Below are positions 16,867 to 26,319 of a stretch of DNA of 64,000 bases, piece by piece (position 1 is the stretch's first letter; each line of letters opens with the position of its first letter). The notes under the pieces are model-generated. The model was not told the DNA's origin, searched no databases, and saw only the letters and a program-made list of their open reading frames with translations. The position numbers and the translations under genes are program-made. The stretch is from Pedobacter sp. (GTDB lineage Bacteria > Desulfobacterota > Desulfuromonadia > Desulfuromonadales > Syntrophotaleaceae), in the NCBI GenBank assembly GCA_050253415.1, contig JBFWJC010000002.1:672725-736724 (forward strand), given 5' to 3'.

Positions 16867-19275
16867 ATGACAGAGTTCACGCATATCATGTGGTTTGAGG
16901 ATATCGGTCTTTACGATTTGCCACTGGTGGGGGGGAAAAATGCCTCGCTGGGCGAGATGATCGGCAATCTGTCCGATCTGGGCATCAGGGTGCCCGGAGG
17001 GTTTGCCGTAACGGCCGAGGCGTATCGGTACTTTTTGCGTGAAACGGGGTTGGAAAAGCAAATCACAAACCTGTTGACCGATCTCGACACGGACAACATG
17101 GACAGTCTGGCGACGATCGGGCACCAGGTACGCCGGGCCATCCGCCATGCTGAATTGCCCGATGGTCTGGAACAGGCCATCCGTACCGCCTATGCCCAGA
17201 TGGAGCAGCAATATGGTACGGATTGCGATGTGGCGGTGCGTTCCAGTGCCACCGCAGAGGATCTGCCCGACGCTTCGTTTGCCGGTCAACAGGAAACCTA
17301 TCTCAATATTCGCGGCGCCGACGAACTGCTCAGCGCCTGCCGCAACTGTTTTGCCTCTCTGTTCACCAACCGGGCGCTGTCCTACCGGGTCCATCATGGA
17401 TTCGATCACATGGCCGTGGCGCTGTCCATCGGGGTGCAGAAGATGGTGCGTTCGGATCTGGCCAGCGCCGGAGTCATGTTCACCATCTCGACGGAGACCG
17501 GTTTTCGCGATGTGGTGTTGATCAACGGCGCATGGGGACTGGGTGAAAACGTGGTGCGTGGTGCGGTCAATCCCGATGAATTTTTTGTTTTCAAGCCGAC
17601 CCTCAAGCAGGGCTATCGCCCGATCATCAGCAAGCATGTCGGCAGCAAAAAGAAGAAAATTATTTACAGCATCAATAACGGTCCGCAACCGACCCGCGAG
17701 ATCACGGTACCGATTGAGGATCGCGAACGTCTTTGCCTGGACGACGACGAGGTGCTGGCCCTGGCGCGCATGGCGTGCGTGATCGAAGACCATTACAAGC
17801 GGCCTATGGACATCGAATGGGCCAAGGACGGTGAAACAGGCGAGCTGTTTATCGTACAGGCCCGACCGGAAACCGTGCAATCTTCCCTGCAGGGCAACGT
17901 ACTCGAGGAATACCATCTGCGGCAGCGCGGTGACGTCATCACCCAGGGGCGCGCGGTTGGCAGCAAGATCGGCGTCGGCAAGGCCATTGTCATCAAGGAC
18001 GCCTCCGAAATCGCACGGTTTCAGGCCGGTGCCGTGCTGGTGACCGATATGACCGACCCCGACTGGGAACCGGTCATGAAAAAAGCCGCGGCCATCGTCA
18101 CAAACCGTGGCGGTCGTACCTGCCATGCGGCTATTGTCAGCCGTGAACTCGGTATCCCCTGCGTTATCGGTACCGCCGATGGCACGACGACCATTGCCGA
18201 CGGCGATGCGGTGACCGTATGCTGTGCCGAGGGGGAAACCGGCTTCGTTTATCGGGGTGAGCTGGCTTTTGAAATTAAGAAAACCGACCTCGAAGAGCTT
18301 AAACGGCCGCGCACAAAAATCATGATGAATATCGGTAATCCCGAACAAGCCTTCGGATTGCGGCGCATACCGAACGACGGTGTCGGTTTGGCGCGTCTCG
18401 AATTCATTATCAATACCGTCATCCAGGCCCATCCTATAGCCCTGTTGCATCCGGACCGGATTGCGGATGCGGATGAGCGCGAAAAGATCGCGCAACTGAT
18501 TACCGGGTATCCCGATGGCGGCGAATATTTCGTGGATAAGCTCGCCCAGGGTGTGGCCACGTTGGCGGCGGCGTTTTATCCCAACGACGTGATTGTGCGC
18601 ATGAGCGATTTCAAGAGTAACGAATACGCCAACCTGCTTGGCGGACGGGCTTTCGAGCCGGAAGAATCGAACCCCATGATTGGTTTTCGCGGGGCCTCGC
18701 GCTATTATGACGATCGCTATCGCGAGGGCTTTATGCTGGAGTGCCGAGCCATGAAGCGGGTACGCGAGGAAATGGGGCTCACCAACGTCAAACTGATGAT
18801 TCCCTTCTGTCGTACCGTTGAAGAAGGGCGGCGGGTGGTCGAGGTCATGGCCGGGGCAGGACTGGAAAGGGGCAAGGATGGTCTCGAGCTGTATGTGATG
18901 TGCGAAATTCCGTCCAACGTGGTGCTGGCCGAAGAGTTCGCCGAGGTGTTCGACGGTTTTTCCATCGGTTCCAACGACCTGACCCAGCTGTTGTTGGGGC
19001 TGGATCGCGACTCCGAGATCGTCGCCCATCTCTACGATGAGCGCAACGAGGCAGTCACGCGCATGATCGCCGACGTCATCCGGCGAGTCAAGGCGGTAGG
19101 GTGTAAAATCGGTATCTGCGGACAGGCACCGAGCGATTATCCGGAGTTCGCCGCGTTTCTGGTCGAGTGCGGCATTGACAGTATCTCGCTCAATCCGGAT
19201 ACGGTGCTGGCCACCACCTTGAGTATTCTGGAACTGGAAGCGAAGTTGAATAAGCATCGCGAGGCTGGAGGTTAA
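16867..19275 (+). CDS. ppsA: Phosphoenolpyruvate synthase
   Basis: VGGKNASLGEM, AVRSSATAEDLPDASFAGQQETYLN, GGRTCHAAIVSRE phospho-His, FSIGSNDLTQ. Confidence 0.97.
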   Translation: MTEFTHIMWFEDIGLYDLPLVGGKNASLGEMIGNLSDLGIRVPGGFAVTAEAYRYFLRETGLEKQITNLLTDLDTDNMDSLATIGHQVRRAIRHAELPDGLEQAIRTAYAQMEQQYGTDCDVAVRSSATAEDLPDASFAGQQETYLNIRGADELLSACRNCFASLFTNRALSYRVHHGFDHMAVALSIGVQKMVRSDLASAGVMFTISTETGFRDVVLINGAWGLGENVVRGAVNPDEFFVFKPTLKQGYRPIISKHVGSKKKKIIYSINNGPQPTREITVPIEDRERLCLDDDEVLALARMACVIEDHYKRPMDIEWAKDGETGELFIVQARPETVQSSLQGNVLEEYHLRQRGDVITQGRAVGSKIGVGKAIVIKDASEIARFQAGAVLVTDMTDPDWEPVMKKAAAIVTNRGGRTCHAAIVSRELGIPCVIGTADGTTTIADGDAVTVCCAEGETGFVYRGELAFEIKKTDLEELKRPRTKIMMNIGNPEQAFGLRRIPNDGVGLARLEFIINTVIQAHPIALLHPDRIADADEREKIAQLITGYPDGGEYFVDKLAQGVATLAAAFYPNDVIVRMSDFKSNEYANLLGGRAFEPEESNPMIGFRGASRYYDDRYREGFMLECRAMKRVREEMGLTNVKLMIPFCRTVEEGRRVVEVMAGAGLERGKDGLELYVMCEIPSNVVLAEEFAEVFDGFSIGSNDLTQLLLGLDRDSEIVAHLYDERNEAVTRMIADVIRRVKAVGCKIGICGQAPSDYPEFAAFLVECGIDSISLNPDTVLATTLSILELEAKLNKHREAGG

Positions 19276-19294
19276 ATAGGAAAATCCAAATCGT

Positions 19295-19441
19295 TCTCAC
19301 GCCCGTTCGCTGTACTCACTAAAGCCGCAAAGACGCAAAGGAGAAATGCGGAGAAATCATAAAAACGATTATAAAGGTGGGGGATTTTAGATTTTCTTTG
19401 AGGCTTTGCGTCTTGAGAGACTGAAAGGAGCGGGCGTGAGA
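19295..19441. repeat. ~147-bp structured intergenic repeat, family A copy 1
   Basis: TCTCACGCCCGTTC...AAGACGCAAAG...CTTTGCGTCTT...GAGCGGGCGTGAGA; homologous to 41273-41410. Confidence 0.85.
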
Positions 19442-19522
19442 TAGTTTTTGTGTTTTTCGATTTTTATGAGCCAGGGGTATAAACAAGGCATTTCATTTTT
19501 TTGATGTAAGGGAGTCTATTTC

Positions 19523-20110
19523 GTGAATTTAGCTTTGCCCGATAGCGGGACTTTGAGCCTTCTGTTATTACCGCTACTGGTGTTCTTTGCCCGCATTATC
19601 GACGTAAGTATCGGTACCCTGAGGATTATCTTCGTGTCCCGGTCCCTCAAGGGCTGGGCGGCGTTGCTGGGCTTTTTCGAGTCGCTGATCTGGGTGGTGG
19701 CCATTAGTCAGGTGATGCAGAACCTGACCAATGTTTTGACCTACATAGCCTTTGCCCTTGGATTTGCCACCGGCAATTATGTCGGCGTATTGCTTGAGGA
19801 ACGTATCGCTTTTGGCAGCCTGATTGTGCGCATTATCACCCGCAAGGATGCCTCCGAGCTGACCGAACATCTCTGGAAAGCCGGTTACGGGGTGACCAAC
19901 CTGCATGCGCATGGCGAAACCGGGCCGGTGCAACTGATCTTTACGGTGTGCCGTCGGCGCGACGTTCAGGATGTGTTGCGACTGGTGAAACGCTTTAATC
20001 CCCGCGCCTTCTACACTATCGAGGATGTTCGGTACGTGCAGGACAATATCCCCCCCTCCCTGCGCCGCCGGGGAATCATGTCGCGTATGGCACTGCGCAA
20101 TCGGAAATGA
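19523..20110 (+). CDS. DUF2179/DUF5698 (UPF0316, YebE-like) membrane protein
   Basis: ARIIDVSIGTLRII, GFFESLIW, GFATGNYVG, GYGVT, NPRAFYTIEDVR. Confidence 0.88.
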   Translation: MNLALPDSGTLSLLLLPLLVFFARIIDVSIGTLRIIFVSRSLKGWAALLGFFESLIWVVAISQVMQNLTNVLTYIAFALGFATGNYVGVLLEERIAFGSLIVRIITRKDASELTEHLWKAGYGVTNLHAHGETGPVQLIFTVCRRRDVQDVLRLVKRFNPRAFYTIEDVRYVQDNIPPSLRRRGIMSRMALRNRK

Positions 20111-20118
20111 GGAAAGCT

Positions 20119-20171
20119 AGCTGTAAGCTGTAAGGTGTAAGCCAAGGACAAAGGACAAAGGACAAAGGACA
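20119..20171 (+). repeat. Heptanucleotide tandem repeats
   Basis: (AGCTGTA)2-AGGTGTA followed by (AAGGACA)4. Confidence 0.85.
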
Positions 20172-20184
20172 GGCTAGTCACCAG

Positions 20185-20700
20185 TCACGGTTTTGCCCAC
20201 ATGCCTCGTCTGTTGCATCGCGCCTCTGCCTCCAGCTGTAAAAATTCCTTTTTCAGAGAAAAGTCAAAGCGCCGATAGACCACGGCGTAGCCTTGTTGGA
20301 GCAGGATCCTATTAAGCATGTGTCCATCGGGGAGGGTAACGTAGGCGAGCAATCGGCCGTAGGTATCATGTGTGGGATGCTCGGTGGTGAGGGTGACGGT
20401 CTGTCCGTAACTCTGTTCAATGACCAAATCCCGGGCCATGGCGTGGATGTTGCGCAGGGTGGAGGGGGTGGCGCCCTGCCGTGTGAAGTAGCGGTCGCGG
20501 GGCGACGTTTTTCTTTCGGGGACGTCGATGCCGAGCAGTCGCACCTTGCCGATACCTGCAACCTCGATGGTGTCGCCGTCATGGACCCATGTGACCTTGC
20601 CGCGCTGATCTGGGGCGGCCGTGGCAAGTACGGCTGAGAACAGCAGACATAGAAAGTTGACGAGGATGATGGCCGTTTGTCTGCGGGCCCCCCTTGTCAA
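20185..20700 (-). CDS. Thermonuclease (SNase) family secreted protein
   Basis: VHDGDTI, VRLLGIDVPE, DTYGRLLAYV, EAEARCNRRGMW; signal peptide. Confidence 0.9.
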   Translation of the reverse strand: MTRGARRQTAIILVNFLCLLFSAVLATAAPDQRGKVTWVHDGDTIEVAGIGKVRLLGIDVPERKTSPRDRYFTRQGATPSTLRNIHAMARDLVIEQSYGQTVTLTTEHPTHDTYGRLLAYVTLPDGHMLNRILLQQGYAVVYRRFDFSLKKEFLQLEAEARCNRRGMWAKP

Positions 20701-21125
20701 CGGCTACGACCCCACAAGGCGCGGGCAAAGATCCCGGTGACGGCGCCCCACACCAGATTGTAGAAAACCACAAAAACCGGCGTGAGGGTTCCGAGGCCAA
20801 GGCCCATAATCCCGAAAGATGTCTGGCTGGGGTAAGTGTAAAACAGCTGCCAGGCACTGGGCAGCAAACTGACCCATAGCCCTTTGCGCATCCACCGGGT
20901 GCGCGTGCGGGGGGTGCTGACGGTTATACTGTAAACCAGGCCCCAGAGGCCTCCGAAGATCAGACGCGGATAGATCCAGTCCGCGGTCCATTCGGGTACC
21001 AGGTTGACACCGCACCATTGGGGCAGGCCGGCTGCTGCAGCCATCCAGGCAACGTCGCTGCTTGCAAACGCGCCGAGCAGTCCGGCGCAGAAGCAGATAC
21101 ATAACAGACTTCGGTAGTTGTTCAT
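20697..21125 (-). CDS. Hypothetical membrane protein
   Basis: 142 aa, four TM helices, YPRLIFGGLWG, GLGLGTLTP. Confidence 0.7.
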   Translation of the reverse strand: MNNYRSLLCICFCAGLLGAFASSDVAWMAAAAGLPQWCGVNLVPEWTADWIYPRLIFGGLWGLVYSITVSTPRTRTRWMRKGLWVSLLPSAWQLFYTYPSQTSFGIMGLGLGTLTPVFVVFYNLVWGAVTGIFARALWGRSR

Positions 21126-21210
21126 CGCGCCCTCGTCAAAGACAAAAAATTACAGGGGAAAAGTCCGGTTAAGGTTGCTGTTAAGGGCATCTCCCCACTG
21201 AGGACGAGAT

Positions 21211-22032
21211 TTATAGATTTAGTGGTTCCAGTGTCTCGTTGAGGCTTCCGGTACGATAGCCTTCCAGGTCAAGGGATACGTAAATAAATCCCGCGGCCTT
21301 AGAGCCTTCAATAACAGCGCGGCGGGTGGGTTCCTCCACCAGCTTCGGAAACAGGTCGGGGGTAATCTCAATACGTACGGTTTGGCCGTGGTGACGTGCG
21401 CGCGCCCCGTTGAAGCCCAAAGATCGCAGCACCGCTTCGCATCGTTCGACCTGCTCGAGTTGTTTTGTGTCGATGGCCGTGTCGTAAGGTATTCGCGATG
21501 CCAGGCAGGCAAACGCCGGGCGATCCCAGGTTGGCAGACCGCGTTGCCGACTGAGGTCTCGAATGTCGTGCTTGGTCAGGCCGGCTTCAGCCAGGGGAGA
21601 ACGTACTCCCAACTCAAGGGCTGCTCGGTGGCCGGGACGATAATCGGAGTCGTCATCGCGGTTGGTTCCGTCCAGCAGCGTGCTGAATCCTTGATCGCGC
21701 GCCGTTGCCAGACACAAGCCGAAAAGAGCTTTTTTGCAGTGATAACAACGCAGCGCATCGTTACGGACGACTTCCGGCAGGGACAGCAGGTCGCATTGGA
21801 TGAGAATATGGCGGGCGCCGAGTTGCCGGGCGAGGGTTCGACTGTCCTGCAGCTCCCACTCGGGAAAGAAAGGCGAGGCGGCAGTGATGGCCAGTACCTT
21901 GTCAGTGCCGAGGGCGTCGAGGGCAGCGCGCAACAGCAGGGTAGAGTCCACTCCGCCGGAAAAGGCCACGGTGGCCCGGTCGAAACGTCTCAGAAGTTGC
22001 AGAAGCGTTTTATATTTGTCTTCACAGCTCAT
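21211..22032 (-). CDS. larE: ATP-dependent sulfur transferase LarE (PP-loop)
   Basis: AFSGGVDSTLL, RCYHCK, DGTNRDDDSDYRPG, PAFACLASRIP, DLEGYRTGSLN. Confidence 0.92.
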   Translation of the reverse strand: MSCEDKYKTLLQLLRRFDRATVAFSGGVDSTLLLRAALDALGTDKVLAITAASPFFPEWELQDSRTLARQLGARHILIQCDLLSLPEVVRNDALRCYHCKKALFGLCLATARDQGFSTLLDGTNRDDDSDYRPGHRAALELGVRSPLAEAGLTKHDIRDLSRQRGLPTWDRPAFACLASRIPYDTAIDTKQLEQVERCEAVLRSLGFNGARARHHGQTVRIEITPDLFPKLVEEPTRRAVIEGSKAAGFIYVSLDLEGYRTGSLNETLEPLNL

Positions 22033-22060
22033 GGTATGCCGGGTAGATCGGATCGCAGGG

Positions 22061-22981
22061 TCAGTCGAATACCCCGACAGACAGGTAGCGTTCACCTGTG
22101 TCGCACAAAATGGTCACCACGTTTTTACCGGGACCGAGGCGTTCTGCCAGTTGCAGAGCGGCAAAGACATTGGCACCGGCGGAGATGCCGACGAACAATC
22201 CTTCCTCTCGGGCCAGACGGCGGGTGGTGCTGTAGGCTTCCTCGTCGCTGACGGTCATGATTTCCTGGTAGACCGAGGTGTCGAGGACATCGGGGATGAA
22301 GCCGGCACCGATTCCCTGGATTTTATGCAGACCGGGCGAACCTCCGGACAGAATCGGCGAGGCTGCCGGTTCCACTGCGGCGATGTGCACCTGGGGATTA
22401 TGGTTGCGCAGGGCATGGCCGACACCGGTGATGGTGCCACCGGTGCCGACGCCGGCGACAAATGCATCGACCGGGGCATCGAGGGCGGCAATGATTTCCG
22501 GTCCGGTGGTCTGTTCATGGACCAGGGGGTTGGCCGGGTTGCTGAACTGCATGGGGATGTAATACCCGTGTTTGGCGGACATTTCCTCCGCCAGGGCAAC
22601 GGCGCCGCGCATCCCGTGAGAGCCCGGCGTAAGAACCAGCTCTGCACCGTAGGCGGTCAGAAGACGCTGGCGTTCGATGCTCATGGTTTCAGGCATGGTT
22701 AAAACCAGCTTGTAGCCCTTTACCGCGCACACCAGTGCCAGGCCGATGCCGGTGTTGCCGCTGGTTGGTTCAACCAGTGTGGCGCCTGGTTTGAGCAAAC
22801 CACGTTTTTCAGCATCCTCGACCATTGCCAGGGCAATACGGTCTTTGACGCTGCCTCCGGGGTTGGAAGCTTCCATTTTACCCCATACGGCAGCACTGTT
22901 CGAACCGGTCAGGCGGGTGATGCGTACCAGGGGGGTGTTGTGAATTTGTCCAAGGGGGTTCTGGCTGATAACGGCCGGCAT
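22061..22981 (-). CDS. cysK: Cysteine synthase A
   Basis: NPGGSVKDRIA PLP lysine, EPTSGNTGIGLA, GVGTGGT, HKIQGIGAGF. Confidence 0.95.
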   Translation of the reverse strand: MPAVISQNPLGQIHNTPLVRITRLTGSNSAAVWGKMEASNPGGSVKDRIALAMVEDAEKRGLLKPGATLVEPTSGNTGIGLALVCAVKGYKLVLTMPETMSIERQRLLTAYGAELVLTPGSHGMRGAVALAEEMSAKHGYYIPMQFSNPANPLVHEQTTGPEIIAALDAPVDAFVAGVGTGGTITGVGHALRNHNPQVHIAAVEPAASPILSGGSPGLHKIQGIGAGFIPDVLDTSVYQEIMTVSDEEAYSTTRRLAREEGLFVGISAGANVFAALQLAERLGPGKNVVTILCDTGERYLSVGVFD

Positions 22982-23213
22982 GGTATCCTCCGGGGATCCA
23001 AGGTGGTCATAGATATGGATTGACTGTGCAGTCGGTGCCCGGAACCGTTTTTATTTTCGGACAGGCGGAGGACCGCTTCTAATAGGCTCAAGTCACTAGC
23101 ATATCAGCCATTTGAGTCGATTAAAAGGTTTCTTTTTTGTTTGAATATCAGAAGGGGGTGGCTTGCATCGCCGCACGGCAATGGTTTACTTAGAACAGTG
23201 CATAGGAGGGGCG

Positions 23214-23624
23214 ATGACTCTGCAAGGTGATCTTATATTGCGACCCAAGACTCTTGCCTGGATAGAGCAGGCCGGAGGGGAAGTGGTTTTGCCGGTGGTC
23301 TGGTTTGGCTGCGTGCATGGTTTTCCGGCGCGGTTGGTTGTCGGGCTGCGGGATGAACCGGGTCTTGTTGGGGGCGAGGACCGGGTACGTCGTTTTTGCC
23401 TGTGCTGGATGCGGGACAGGTCGGCGATGGGCCCGTCTGAGGAAAAGGCTACATATGGAGAGATTGTGCGTCTTGGCTGCCACGATGGCCAGATTGCCGA
23501 TGCCTATGGTACTTTGATTTTGAGTGGACGATTGGAAAAATTGACCATCGGTCAGTGTACTTTTTCTGCTGGGCAGGTAGATTTTGCCCGGTTTCTAGGG
23601 AGTTCAAGCCGGGCGGATGCCTGA
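23214..23624 (+). CDS. Hypothetical protein
   Basis: AGGAGG RBS before ATG 23214; 136 aa; no family recognised. Confidence 0.45.
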   Translation: MTLQGDLILRPKTLAWIEQAGGEVVLPVVWFGCVHGFPARLVVGLRDEPGLVGGEDRVRRFCLCWMRDRSAMGPSEEKATYGEIVRLGCHDGQIADAYGTLILSGRLEKLTIGQCTFSAGQVDFARFLGSSSRADA

Positions 23625-23644
23625 ACTCCACCCGGCTGAATGGC

Positions 23645-23923
23645 TTATATGATCCTATTAAACAGGTAGCCCACCACCAAAATTCCCGGACCTGCAACAC
23701 CGATAAATAGGGCGGTAACACGCATCGTGAAGGCAAGTACGGTGCCGAGTTTCACCCCCTTGCCCACGATGCCGACCATGAAGTTTTCTGGAATAAAGCC
23801 GTGAATGGCCACCCCGACAAGAATTTCCAGAACCACAAGTTTTAACACCCTGCCAACGATATTCTGCACCGCATCGACGCTGAATTGGTAGTGTTTCTTC
23901 CCGGTCATGCTGGTATCAGGCAT
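23645..23923 (-). CDS. Small hydrophobic hypothetical protein (possible permease fragment)
   Basis: 92 aa; GVAIHGFIPENF...GKG..LGTVLAFTM...GILVVGYLFN resembles pieces of ArsP/DUF318 permeases. Confidence 0.4.
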   Translation of the reverse strand: MPDTSMTGKKHYQFSVDAVQNIVGRVLKLVVLEILVGVAIHGFIPENFMVGIVGKGVKLGTVLAFTMRVTALFIGVAGPGILVVGYLFNRII

Positions 23924-24036
23924 AGCTATTTACTGTGTCTGTATGTCCCGCCCAAATCCTCGACGCAATTTTCAAGTTTCATACGACCGATGGACTAACC
24001 GGTTTTAATCGGGGAATTTATTGTGGGGTGGCGTCG

Positions 24037-25119
24037 TTACTTCAGAACATCCACCGTTTCTATGCGGCATGCTGTGCGGCCTTTGAAATACTTGCGCTGG
24101 AAATAGAAGGACAGGTTCACAAGGCTGATGAGTACCGGTACTTCGACCAACGGGCCGATGACAGCGGCAAAGGCTTCGCCGGAATTGATACCGAATACCG
24201 AGATGGCGACAGCAATGGCCAGTTCAAAGTTGTTGCTGGCGGCGGTAAAGGACAGGGTGGCACTACGCTCGTAATCCGCTCCGGCTTTCCAGCTCATGAA
24301 GAAAGACACGACAAACATGATGACAAAATAGATCAGCAGCGGAATCGCGATGCGTACCACATCCAGCGGCAATCGGACGATGTAATCCCCCTTGAGGGCG
24401 AACATCACCACAATGGTGAACAGCAGGAAGATCAACGTCAGCGGGCTGATCTTCGGGACGAAAACATTCTCGTACCAGCTTTTGCCCTTGAGTCGGATGA
24501 GGCCGATGCGCGTCAGGATCCCTGCGGCAAACGGAATGCCCAGGTAAATGAGCACGCTCTGGGCAATCTGGCCCATGGTAAAACTGACCGTAGCTCCGGC
24601 CAGTCCGAACCAGGATGGCATCACGGTGATAAACACATAGGCATACAGAGAAAAGAACAGCACCTGGAACACCGAGTTGAATGCCACCAGGCCGGCCGCA
24701 TATTCACGGTCGCCGCAGGCCAGGTCGTTCCAGACGATGACCATGGCGATGCAGCGGGCCAGGCCGATAAGGATCAATCCGACCATGTAGGCCGGCAGGT
24801 CGTGCAGCAGAATGATGGCCAGAAAGAACATCAACAGCGGGCCGACCACCCAGTTCTGCACCAGGGACAGCAACAGAATTCTTTTGTCGCTGAACACGCG
24901 GGGCATCTCTTCGTAGCGCACCTTGGCCAACGGTGGGTACATCATCAAAATCAGTCCGATAGCGATGGGGATGTTGGTGGTGCCGACCTGGGAACTGAAG
25001 ATCAGTTGCTTGACCTGCGGCAGGAAGAAACCCGCGGCGATCCCTGCAACCATCGCCGCGAAAATCCAGAGTGTCAGGTAGCGATCAAGGAATGAGAGTT
25101 TTTTCTGGGTGGGGGGCAT
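24037..25119 (-). CDS. acr3: ACR3 family arsenite efflux transporter
   Basis: [55 protein letters not shown]. Confidence 0.96.
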   Translation of the reverse strand: MPPTQKKLSFLDRYLTLWIFAAMVAGIAAGFFLPQVKQLIFSSQVGTTNIPIAIGLILMMYPPLAKVRYEEMPRVFSDKRILLLSLVQNWVVGPLLMFFLAIILLHDLPAYMVGLILIGLARCIAMVIVWNDLACGDREYAAGLVAFNSVFQVLFFSLYAYVFITVMPSWFGLAGATVSFTMGQIAQSVLIYLGIPFAAGILTRIGLIRLKGKSWYENVFVPKISPLTLIFLLFTIVVMFALKGDYIVRLPLDVVRIAIPLLIYFVIMFVVSFFMSWKAGADYERSATLSFTAASNNFELAIAVAISVFGINSGEAFAAVIGPLVEVPVLISLVNLSFYFQRKYFKGRTACRIETVDVLK

Positions 25120-25201
25120 CGCACGGATCTCCTTTTTCAGGTTGCTGTAGGGTCAGACGGGACACACTCGAGCGTGTGCCTGTGTCCGATACACTTATGA
25201 C

Positions 25202-25217
25202 ATCCGAAATAGCGGAT
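25202..25217. promoter_or_regulatory. Putative ArsR operator upstream of acr3
   Basis: ATCCG-N6-CGGAT inverted repeat; same motif at 25592-25607. Confidence 0.7.
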
Positions 25218-25236
25218 GCATTGGGTGTAAAAAAAA

Positions 25237-25578
25237 TCAGCCGCAAACTTTCTGTTGCAGGCCGGGCTTTGCAAGGCGTGCCTGATCGCTCTGGCATTGT
25301 TTGATGGTCGGCAGGTGTTTGCCCAGTACGGTCATGACCTGCAACGCCAAAGACCATTGTTCGCTGGCCAAAGAGTAATGCACCCAGATGCCGTCGCGGC
25401 GGTCTTCCACCAGACCGGCATTTTTCAGGATGCTCAGATGCCGCGAAGCGGTCGACTGCGGTAACTGCAGAATTTCCATGATGCGGCAAACGCATACCTC
25501 CCCCCCGAGGAGCAGATTCAGGATGCGCAGGCGGGTATCGTGAGCCAGAGCTTTAAATAGAGCGGTAGTTGGGTTCAT
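25237..25578 (-). CDS. arsR: ArsR/SmtB family As(III)-responsive repressor
   Basis: FKALAHDTRLRILNLL, EVCVCRI (CxC metalloid site), QSTASRHLSILKNAGLV, WVHYSL. Confidence 0.9.
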   Translation of the reverse strand: MNPTTALFKALAHDTRLRILNLLLGGEVCVCRIMEILQLPQSTASRHLSILKNAGLVEDRRDGIWVHYSLASEQWSLALQVMTVLGKHLPTIKQCQSDQARLAKPGLQQKVCG

Positions 25579-25585
25579 GTCAATT

Positions 25586-25614
25586 AAGCTAATCCGGTTT
25601 TTCGGATATGTCAA
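25586..25614 (-). promoter_or_regulatory. arsR sigma70 promoter with internal operator
   Basis: Minus strand TTGACA-N17-TAGCTT; ATCCG-N6-CGGAT fills the spacer; ATG lies 7 nt after the -10. Confidence 0.75.
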
Positions 25615-25741
25615 GCGGGAATTTCCTGAACCCACCAGACCCTCCGGATAAACGGGCCCCTTGGGCCGCTGGTCCCATGACAGAACCTTCATCTGGTGTA
25701 GAATGTTTTAGAGAAGGCATGCAATTCACAGGAGGAACGGT

Positions 25742-26221
25742 ATGGAAAAACAGGCCTTTCAGGATTTGATACCCGATAATTTTTGCTATGGCTGCGGTCC
25801 CGGCAACTCCCAGGGGCTGCGGCTCAAAAGTTACTGGGAAGGCGAATTGTCGGTAGCAACCTTTAGTCCGCAACCGTTTCACGCCGCCGGTCCCAGGCAC
25901 GTTCTGAACGGAGGCATCATCGCTACCATCATCGATTGTCACTGCATCTGCACCGCCATTGCCGATGCCTATCGTCGCCAGCAGCGGGCCATCGGTTCCG
26001 AGCCTGGGATCTGGTATGCGACGGCCTCCCTGCATATCGACTATCTGCGACCGGCTCCTATCCGCCAGGCGGTAACCATGCACGCGCGCATTCTTGATGC
26101 GGGGCCGAAAAAAACCCGACTCAGCTGCGTTTTGTCGGACGGCTCGGAGGAGTACGCCAAGGCCGAGGTGCTGGCGGTACGGGTTTCCGATGCCTGGCGG
26201 CAAGGAGACGCCAGGATGTAA
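25742..26221 (+). CDS. PaaI family hot-dog thioesterase
   Basis: CYGCGPGNSQGL, LNGGIIATIIDCH, TASLHIDYLRPAP; AGGAGG RBS. Confidence 0.85.
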   Translation: MEKQAFQDLIPDNFCYGCGPGNSQGLRLKSYWEGELSVATFSPQPFHAAGPRHVLNGGIIATIIDCHCICTAIADAYRRQQRAIGSEPGIWYATASLHIDYLRPAPIRQAVTMHARILDAGPKKTRLSCVLSDGSEEYAKAEVLAVRVSDAWRQGDARM

Positions 26222-26319
26222 CTATTTTGGACGTAAAGGTTTTTTTTTCGCGGCTGCGCGTGAAAAGAAGGGCGATTTTTTCCCTTAGCGAAGTGGCGAA
26301 ACCAAGGAAGGAGCGATCC

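Noticed and set aside
16813..19257. 814-aa antisense ORF over ppsA (similarly 9340-10689, 40099-41568, 57829-59322, 36161-37459)
   Set aside because: Shadow ORFs opposite well-conserved genes, expected from high-GC codon bias; no recognisable motifs.
22982..23160. SAM/T-box riboswitch upstream of cysK
   Set aside because: No conserved riboswitch core motifs or terminator visible.
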